The notes under the pieces were generated by a model that saw only the letters and a list, made by a program, of their open reading frames with translations, ran no database searches and was not told where the DNA came from. Source: Flavobacteriales bacterium (GTDB taxonomy: Bacteria; Bacteroidota; Bacteroidia; CAIKAF01). From it: DNA of 64,000 nucleotides. The stretch spans positions 77,014 to 141,013 of the forward strand of contig JANWKT010000034.1 of the NCBI GenBank assembly GCA_025451235.1, given 5' to 3'. The position numbers and the translations under genes were made by a program. This document shows positions 57,525 through 64,000 of the stretch, one piece after another. The first letter of the stretch is position 1. Each line of letters opens with the position of its first letter.

Positions 57525-59207
57525 ATGAAAACAAGAATGTTCTACCTTCTATCGTTTTTTGCCATGACTATCTTAGCTTGTACAGGTCCTGGAAAAAACT
57601 CCGTGAGTCTTCCCTCTTCTTCTACCGAAGCCTTATCCATTTCGAAAACACTTACTTCAACTGAACTGCGTGTACTTCAAACCCGCAAAGAACCGCAATC
57701 CTCCGCACAGTATTCATACATGGATGATGCAGTGGTGAGTTCAGATAAAAAAGTCGTCAACAAAACTCCCGGTATTTCCAACTGGGAAAAGATCAGGGAA
57801 CAATATAATGTACCGGTTACCTTATTTACCATTTCTCCTTCGGTAGCCGACACATTGGTATATGCTCCATCAGGTACCACTATTATTATTCCACCTTATG
57901 CCTTTATCGACCAGAACGGAAAAGTGATCACCGATTCAGTCACCATTGAATACAGGGAATTCCACACCATTAAAGAAATTTTCTTTTCGGGGATCAACAT
58001 GGAATATTTGATCAGTGATGAAAAAAATATATTCGAAAGCAATGGGATGTATGAACTCAATGTAAGCTACCAAAACGAACCGGCAGAAATTAAAGATGAT
58101 CAACCCCTGGTGCTCAATATGGCTTTGAACGGTTCAAATGAAGGATATAATTTTTATGTACTCAACAAAACCAACAATGATTGGAGTGAAAACAAAGAAG
58201 CCATCGTTGACAATACCCGGAATGAGGAAAAATATTATACTGAAGAAATTATTTACGAAAAGCCCAGCCTTGGCATAAAAATGCTGGATAAATCCGTATG
58301 GGGTAAATATACCTGGGGCAAAGCCAATGATACCTATTTTCAATTGGTATTCAATCCTAAAATGTATCCTGAATTGGTACGATTTGAGCAGGCAGTATTC
58401 CAGGTCCATCAAACAGGAAAAGAATTTACCACCTCCATGGGATTGAATTATGCTACAAAAAAAGTGAATACTCAAGCCACCGAATATATTTTATGCAACG
58501 AGATGCTAATCACAGCAGTAAAAGAAAAATCAGGCTATGTGAGTTTTGCGATGAAATCAAAAGATTTTAATGAAACCTTTGAAGCCATAATTTATGTTCC
58601 GGAATTAAAAACAGAACAAGATTTCTTGAGAACCCTTTTGTCGTTCGAATCTGCACAAAAAGCTGAACTTTATAATAGGAATAGCAAACGTGAGAAAAAA
58701 TTGACAGAACATACCAATTATACCTACGTACCTACCAAAACAGCACTTACTCAAAACCTCATCACCAGCATCACAGGTTTTGAAGGGGCCGTATATGTAA
58801 AATCTCCGGGCATAGGCAACTGGGACAAACCCTATCCCTATATAGGACCACCACTGGCAAATGAACGCCAAATAGTGGCAGACGTTGAGTTCCAGGGGAA
58901 TCATGCACCGGTGGGGAAGATTTATGTAGCCGATGTTCTCAGGAACCGGATGATCACGGTAAGTGAAAAAGATGAAGGGAAATATCGTTTCAATATTGCC
59001 AAAGATGCCGAAATGATGATATGGACAGTAGATGAATCAGGAAATGCAGGAATGCTTACCGATAAAGAGATAGACCTGGAAGCGTTGAAAACAAAACCTA
59101 AAATTAAATTGCCGGTATATAAAATGGAAGAATTATCTAACAAACTGGAATCCTTTAGTGCAAAGGTGCTGGATAATAAAAAAGAAGGGGAAATCGGGAT
59201 GAAATAA
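57525..59207 (+). CDS. Hypothetical lipoprotein
   Basis: Lipobox ILA-C; 'GT.I.IP..AF.D.NG......V.I.YREF.........FESNGM' N-terminal domain pattern seen in Bacteroidota lipoproteins. Confidence 0.75.
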   Translation: MKTRMFYLLSFFAMTILACTGPGKNSVSLPSSSTEALSISKTLTSTELRVLQTRKEPQSSAQYSYMDDAVVSSDKKVVNKTPGISNWEKIREQYNVPVTLFTISPSVADTLVYAPSGTTIIIPPYAFIDQNGKVITDSVTIEYREFHTIKEIFFSGINMEYLISDEKNIFESNGMYELNVSYQNEPAEIKDDQPLVLNMALNGSNEGYNFYVLNKTNNDWSENKEAIVDNTRNEEKYYTEEIIYEKPSLGIKMLDKSVWGKYTWGKANDTYFQLVFNPKMYPELVRFEQAVFQVHQTGKEFTTSMGLNYATKKVNTQATEYILCNEMLITAVKEKSGYVSFAMKSKDFNETFEAIIYVPELKTEQDFLRTLLSFESAQKAELYNRNSKREKKLTEHTNYTYVPTKTALTQNLITSITGFEGAVYVKSPGIGNWDKPYPYIGPPLANERQIVADVEFQGNHAPVGKIYVADVLRNRMITVSEKDEGKYRFNIAKDAEMMIWTVDESGNAGMLTDKEIDLEALKTKPKIKLPVYKMEELSNKLESFSAKVLDNKKEGEIGMK

Positions 59208-59215
59208 TATTCAAT

Positions 59216-59250
59216 AAAAAAGGAGAGACCAGAGGAATGGTCTCTCCCTT
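59216..59250. terminator. Intrinsic terminator between convergent genes
   Basis: aaaaaa-GGAGAGACCA-gaggaa-TGGTCTCTCC. Confidence 0.8.
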
Positions 59251-59289
59251 GCTTTACTCTACTCTACCACTATTACTATTCTAAAAATT

Positions 59290-59703
59290 TTATTTGCTGA
59301 CCCAAAGTCCCCAGCTGGCATCGAATTTATACCATTCTCCATCCGGACCTTGCCATTTCCATTCTGGCACCTCTCCCCAGGTTTTTCCTTTATCAGCGCT
59401 CCACCATAATTTACCTTCACCGATTTTAAGCCATTTGCCATCTTTATCGGCCCACATGCCATTTTCTACTGCTGCCCACGATTTTCCGTCAGTACTCCAC
59501 CATAGTTTTGCAGCACTATCAAGCTTGTACCAATATGTTTTACCATCCATTTTACCGGCCCAGGTACCATCCTCTTTTTTGGCCCAGTCACCGTAAACAA
59601 TTGAATTAATGGATGTAGGATGAAGAATGCCATTGATGGCAAACAAGGTTGTTGTAGTCGCAAACAGGGCACAAACCACTGCTGCTAAAAATGTTCTTTT
59701 CAT
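59290..59703 (-). CDS. Small secreted Trp-rich repeat protein
   Basis: Start MKRTFL (signal peptide); about 2.5 internal repeats; 16 Trp in the last 100 aa. Confidence 0.75.
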   Translation of the reverse strand: MKRTFLAAVVCALFATTTTLFAINGILHPTSINSIVYGDWAKKEDGTWAGKMDGKTYWYKLDSAAKLWWSTDGKSWAAVENGMWADKDGKWLKIGEGKLWWSADKGKTWGEVPEWKWQGPDGEWYKFDASWGLWVSK

Positions 59704-59809
59704 TTGAGTATAATTTTTATGATTTGTAGAGATATCTACGAGATAAAACCACCATTGGATTTTGGGTCCATCGATTTTAAATCCTTGCAAATGAAGACTA
59801 TCAAATCTT

Positions 59810-60523
59810 TTACGACTCCAATGCAGTAGCCGGTAGAAAACTGAGTACCATCCAATTCCGGTTCTTAGGTTTCTGAGGATCAATAAGTACCGGGATCTTT
59901 TTATTAGTAGGAATAAAAGGGGCTGGGTCCTCCCAGATCTCGTCCTTAGATAAAAAGCGGTAAGAGATCCTAGTCATGGGATCCGTCCAATTGGCAATAA
60001 TAATAGAAGGGTTCTTTTCATTTTTTGTTGTACCGTGGTTGATTTCAATGGTCATAAAATCAGCTTCAATTTTTTGGCCACGGGCTTCTAACCATTTGCG
60101 AAGATTTTTTTTATGGCGGATAACTCCAATAATAATGAGTCCGGCCGGAAGAAAAATAATACCCACAATTCCAAAAATGATCATAGTCCCCCAGTTCTCA
60201 AAAAATCCGGTTAGAAATATTTTTTTAGGATCACGGGCATCATAGAAGAGATGTATTTTCTGACCAATACTGAAAGTACTTTTGTTATACGGCGGAGATA
60301 AACTAACATTTGGACGAGACACCACCTCTTTTCCATCCGCATAAAATTTAATCACCGGCATATAGCTATTTCCTTCGTCATCTTCTATGATATCAATTCT
60401 CACCACTTCGCCATCCGCTTCCCTGGCATTGGCCATAAACTGACGATGGTCCACCAGCAAATAAATGGAGGTGATCAAAAAACCCAGACCGATGAGGCTT
60501 GTGATGTATCCGATCTTTATCAT
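59810..60523 (-). CDS. DUF3592-family membrane protein
   Basis: TM, then 'A.GEVV.......Y.PVI.F...G.....GQ.I...YD..DP', TM, and a second similar domain. Confidence 0.75.
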   Translation of the reverse strand: MIKIGYITSLIGLGFLITSIYLLVDHRQFMANAREADGEVVRIDIIEDDEGNSYMPVIKFYADGKEVVSRPNVSLSPPYNKSTFSIGQKIHLFYDARDPKKIFLTGFFENWGTMIIFGIVGIIFLPAGLIIIGVIRHKKNLRKWLEARGQKIEADFMTIEINHGTTKNEKNPSIIIANWTDPMTRISYRFLSKDEIWEDPAPFIPTNKKIPVLIDPQKPKNRNWMVLSFLPATALES

Positions 60524-60559
60524 ACGGATAAATATACATATTAAGGATAAGACTCGATG

Positions 60560-61336
60560 TTAATCGTAGTTCCTTTTTTTCTTGATAAAGCTTTTCTTTT
60601 TTTGGTACCAGGCATCCAACAGGGCTCCGTTGGCATAACTCACTTTGATGAAATAATTTTGCTTGACAGCACTGTACCAATAAAAAAACAACTTGGTCCC
60701 AATGAGTTGTGGGGCATTATTCACCATGTTATAAAATTTTTCTTCTCTTCTTATGCGGATGGCCTGATGACAGGTATCCTCATTGGGTAAGATCAATGTT
60801 CCATATCCGTCGTAATGGATGCTCACATTTACATATTGGTTCTTATAATGTCTTCTTCCATCTTTTAAAAATTCATATCTGTCGCTGAGTTTTTCTCCAT
60901 ACGAAAAAGGAAACCTGAACATCACCATGGTATCATCATATATATAAGGTATTTCACTCATGGGTGCCGATGGTTTTTCGAAAGCCCCTACTCTATAATA
61001 ACCAAAACTATCCAGATAGTTCACCCAAATGGCCATATCCGTTTTAATGGAATTGGAATCCACGGAATAGATCATATCAAACGGATCAGCTTGTGAAGGT
61101 GAGGGTTCACGGTATAACTCTTCATAATAAATGGCGGTATCTTTTACTTTGCTAAAATCCCAGAAAATATTTTCACCTGTAATACTTGTATCGATCAATG
61201 CAGGCTGTTTAATAAAACGGTACGTATACAGATCTCCCGTAGCTGGAATAATGGCTGGTGTGATTCTTGGCGCCTGAGCAATTAACATTGAACTGCAAAA
61301 AAACAATATGAAAACAAGCCGACTTGAAAAATGCAT
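60560..61336 (-). CDS. Secreted hypothetical protein
   Basis: Signal peptide from MHFSSR; 'GEN..WDFS...FPFSYG...YDGYGTLILP' pattern. Confidence 0.7.
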   Translation of the reverse strand: MHFSSRLVFILFFCSSMLIAQAPRITPAIIPATGDLYTYRFIKQPALIDTSITGENIFWDFSKVKDTAIYYEELYREPSPSQADPFDMIYSVDSNSIKTDMAIWVNYLDSFGYYRVGAFEKPSAPMSEIPYIYDDTMVMFRFPFSYGEKLSDRYEFLKDGRRHYKNQYVNVSIHYDGYGTLILPNEDTCHQAIRIRREEKFYNMVNNAPQLIGTKLFFYWYSAVKQNYFIKVSYANGALLDAWYQKKKSFIKKKRNYD

Positions 61337-61410
61337 GGATAGAAATTTTGGTAAATCTACAAATGAATGATAAAAACGACACATACAAAAAAAGGGGAAT
61401 ATCAGGGGAT

Positions 61411-62025
61411 TTATTTGAATACTTCGATAAAGATCACTTGAATAACCCCCACCAAAAAACCCAGAACAGCCCCACTCCATTCGATAAATCTAAATTCTTT
61501 TTTTAGAATTCCATTGATCAGGTCTTCCAGTTTATCAGGCGAAAGCGCAGAAACTTTTTTAGCCACCAACTCCTCTACTTTCATGTTTTCTTCGAGGTCT
61601 TCCATTACTTTGTGGATCACTTCCGGAGCCATTACATGAACTTCCTGCATCAGGTCTATTTTTATCTGCTCTCGTCTTCGTTTACCAAAAAAAATAGATG
61701 CGATGGGATACTTAATAGGAAAATCGTGTTTTAAATAGTGCTCTACCTTCGATTCCACAAATATCAATAATGCGTCAATATTGTCTTTATGTAAAACTCT
61801 TTCCCTGATATCATGGGTGGTTAATAATTCATCTGCTACCATTTTGCCAATACTTTGTGCAAGCTTGTCCTGTCTTTTCGGGAAAACACCTTGTAACTTA
61901 TAAATCCCAAAATTAACGGGCTTCTCAGGTTTAAAGAGCATTTTTACTGCCACCCAGTTGGTAAACCAACCAATCAAGCCGGTCATTACTGGCGTGAGGT
62001 ATATGAAGATCTCGGATGTACTCAT
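61411..62025 (-). CDS. DUF445 family protein
   Basis: 'IGWFTNWVAVKMLFKP', 'GVFPKRQ..LA.SIG..V', 'EF.FIE.SGAVLGFLVG'. Confidence 0.88.
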   Translation of the reverse strand: MSTSEIFIYLTPVMTGLIGWFTNWVAVKMLFKPEKPVNFGIYKLQGVFPKRQDKLAQSIGKMVADELLTTHDIRERVLHKDNIDALLIFVESKVEHYLKHDFPIKYPIASIFFGKRRREQIKIDLMQEVHVMAPEVIHKVMEDLEENMKVEELVAKKVSALSPDKLEDLINGILKKEFRFIEWSGAVLGFLVGVIQVIFIEVFK

Positions 62026-62149
62026 GTAAGTGAATAGCAAATATTGCCTCAAAGATAGAAGTAGAATGATATGAGAATCAGAAACTAGGAGACATTGTGC
62101 ATAAATTGCTTGTGAATGTTCGAAAAATTTGCTAGTATTGATACACCAT

Positions 62150-62165
62150 CCTGATAGCTATCGGG
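62150..62165. repeat. REP-like palindrome CCTGATAGCTATCGGG
   Basis: One mismatch to the palindrome at 38048-38063. Confidence 0.7.
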
Positions 62166-62266
62166 AGGGAACCAAATCAGTGATCCATGGATGACCATCC
62201 CGGTATAAATTGCATTTCAACTAAACCTTTCTACATTTGGCGACTAAATTAAATTTCCGGTCCCAT

Positions 62267-63202
62267 ATGAGAAATTGGCTCATTAAATTCTTTTTTAAGG
62301 CGACTAAAAAAGTGATCTACCGTCATGACTATACTCCTGATAAGTATCGGAAAGGAATGGATTTTTTCACTTCTTTCCTGAGAAAGCCCAAAAAAGTAAA
62401 GTATGAAACTGAAATGGTGGAGCACCTGGACGCTTTATGGATCCGTCCTGATAATATTGATAATGATAGTGTGATCCTCTATTTACACGGTGGTGGATAT
62501 GGAATGGGGTCTATTAAATCCCATAAAAAACTCGCTGCCAGGATTGCCCGTTCTGCTCATACCCAATGCCTTATTATTGAGTACCGATTAGCCCCTGAAC
62601 ATCCATTCCCAGCTGCATTGGAAGATTCCATCATCGCATATAAATGGCTCCTAAATAGAGGTTTTAAGCCGGAAAAAATTGCTATCGGTGGTGATTCGGC
62701 CGGAGGTGGACTCACCATTGCTACCCTGGTAAAAGCCCAAATGGATGGATTGCCGCAACCCCTGGCGGGTTTCTGTATGTCGCCCTGGGTGGATCTGGAA
62801 GCCAGTTGTGATGAAATTGGCGATTATCAGATTTACGACCCTTTCATTGATGCAGAAAGTATTAAAGTCTGGGGACGCAGATATGCCGGCGATGATGTAA
62901 AAAACCCCTTGGCATCTCCTATTTATGCTGATCTGAAAGGAATTGCTCCCCTATTGGTACAAATTGGTACTGCCGAAATCCTTCTTTTTGAAAACAGGAA
63001 TTTTTACCAGAAAGCGTTAAAATCCGGTGTGGATATAAAATTTGAAGAATACAAAGACATGGTCCATGTTTTTCAAACCTTTGGTGGTTTCCTGCCCCAG
63101 GCTGATAAGGCGATTGAATCCATCGGAAGATTTATCCTGGCACAGGCCCAAAAGACAGCCTCCGGTAAAACCACTCAAGACCTCGGCACTACTTTCGCCT
63201 AA
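62267..63202 (+). CDS. Alpha/beta hydrolase, HSL (family IV) esterase
   Basis: YLHGGG, YRLAPEHPFPA, GDSAGG, SPW.D, 'MVHVF'. Confidence 0.92.
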   Translation: MRNWLIKFFFKATKKVIYRHDYTPDKYRKGMDFFTSFLRKPKKVKYETEMVEHLDALWIRPDNIDNDSVILYLHGGGYGMGSIKSHKKLAARIARSAHTQCLIIEYRLAPEHPFPAALEDSIIAYKWLLNRGFKPEKIAIGGDSAGGGLTIATLVKAQMDGLPQPLAGFCMSPWVDLEASCDEIGDYQIYDPFIDAESIKVWGRRYAGDDVKNPLASPIYADLKGIAPLLVQIGTAEILLFENRNFYQKALKSGVDIKFEEYKDMVHVFQTFGGFLPQADKAIESIGRFILAQAQKTASGKTTQDLGTTFA

Positions 63203-63274
63203 GATTTCATCTATATATTTCTTACTCAGTAATTTTTTTCTAACCTTTAGGACAATTTTAACCCCTTTACTTGG

Positions 63275-64000
63275 ATGATGAGAATAATTAAGTTCCTGGT
63301 TTTTGCAGGCATTACTGGATTCTTCGTATTCGTATTAGAGTTTGGAATTTCCTTTGGAAGGACCACTTTACCTCCCATCGGGAAGTTGGCCCATCCTTAT
63401 TGGGGATTTCTATATAATGCTGCCAATGCAGATAAGGGGTTTGAAAAAAATCTTTCACTCACAGGAATTAAAGATGAGGTAACCATCGTTTATGACGATC
63501 GGCTTGTTCCCCATATATATGCCCGAAACGAAGAGGATCTTTTCTTCGCCCAAGGCTATGTTACTGCTCAGCACCGGCTTTGGCAAATGGATTTTCAGGT
63601 GAGGTTTGCAGCGGGTCGGCTTTCCGAGATCATCGGATCCAAAACTCTTTTCTTGGACCAGATCAATAGAAACAAAGGGTTGGCATGGGCCGCTGAAAAT
63701 TCGGTAAAGGTCTTCGAAGACGATCCGGTTACTAAACCTGTATTAGATGCCTATACTGCAGGAGTAAATGCCTATATAGATCAACTTTCTTACAAAGATT
63801 ATCCTGTTGAATATAAGTTACTCAACTATCAGCCCGAAAAATGGAGCACCTTCAAATCGGCCCTTCTTTTAAAATACATGGGTGATATGCTTACGGGTAA
63901 ATCAACCGATGTTGCATTAACCAATGCATTAAAAATTATTGGTCAGGATAATATGGATCTCCTCTTTCCGGATTTTCAAATGTCAGATACCGTCGTTTCT
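63275..64000 (+). CDS. Penicillin acylase family (Ntn-hydrolase) protein, 3'-truncated by window edge
   Basis: Manual translation: MMRIIKFLVF...VTIVYDDRLVPHIYARNEEDLFFAQGYVTAQHRLWQMDF...AAGRLSEI.G. Not in the ORF track because no stop lies inside the window. Confidence 0.9.
   Translation, partial: MMRIIKFLVFAGITGFFVFVLEFGISFGRTTLPPIGKLAHPYWGFLYNAANADKGFEKNLSLTGIKDEVTIVYDDRLVPHIYARNEEDLFFAQGYVTAQHRLWQMDFQVRFAAGRLSEIIGSKTLFLDQINRNKGLAWAAENSVKVFEDDPVTKPVLDAYTAGVNAYIDQLSYKDYPVEYKLLNYQPEKWSTFKSALLLKYMGDMLTGKSTDVALTNALKIIGQDNMDLLFPDFQMSDTVVS

Noticed and set aside
59704-59883. N-terminal extensions in the ORF track (also at 42680, 61480, 32599, 14263, 50279, 10694)
   Set aside because: Most overlap upstream genes or promoter boxes; downstream ATGs give proper signal peptides or family N-termini.

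Overview
64-kb chromosomal window from an AT-rich Bacteroidota genome. The assignment rests on six proteins with type IX secretion (T9SS) C-terminal sorting domains, TAnnTTTG '-7' promoter boxes and a fused SecDF. Most of the window is housekeeping and secretome: acs, gap, tRNA-Leu(CAG), a long-chain acyl-CoA ligase, mnmA, purA, fur, relA/spoT, fahA, secDF and meaB, plus S8/M43/M54 proteases, a GH25 lysozyme, a TonB-dependent receptor and an MbnP/MbnH-like pair. I found no integrase, transposase, prophage gene, CRISPR array or rRNA. Two accessory loci stand out. (1) Between relA and fur (38.7-43.0 kb) sits a tandem array of two paralogue families: four lipobox-KR(R/K)YRPGY proteins with mix-and-match C-terminal membrane modules, and two 'CKFD' lipoproteins, each directly upstream of one of them. 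(2) A lamin-tail/CotH-kinase/DUF4956/DUF2490 locus (18.3-24.7 kb) lacks the VTC-domain gene I would expect beside DUF4956. Also present are a small Trp-rich repeat secreted protein, dispersed REP-like palindromes and several long imperfect intergenic hairpins. All family assignments come from motif recognition by eye; no database searches were run.
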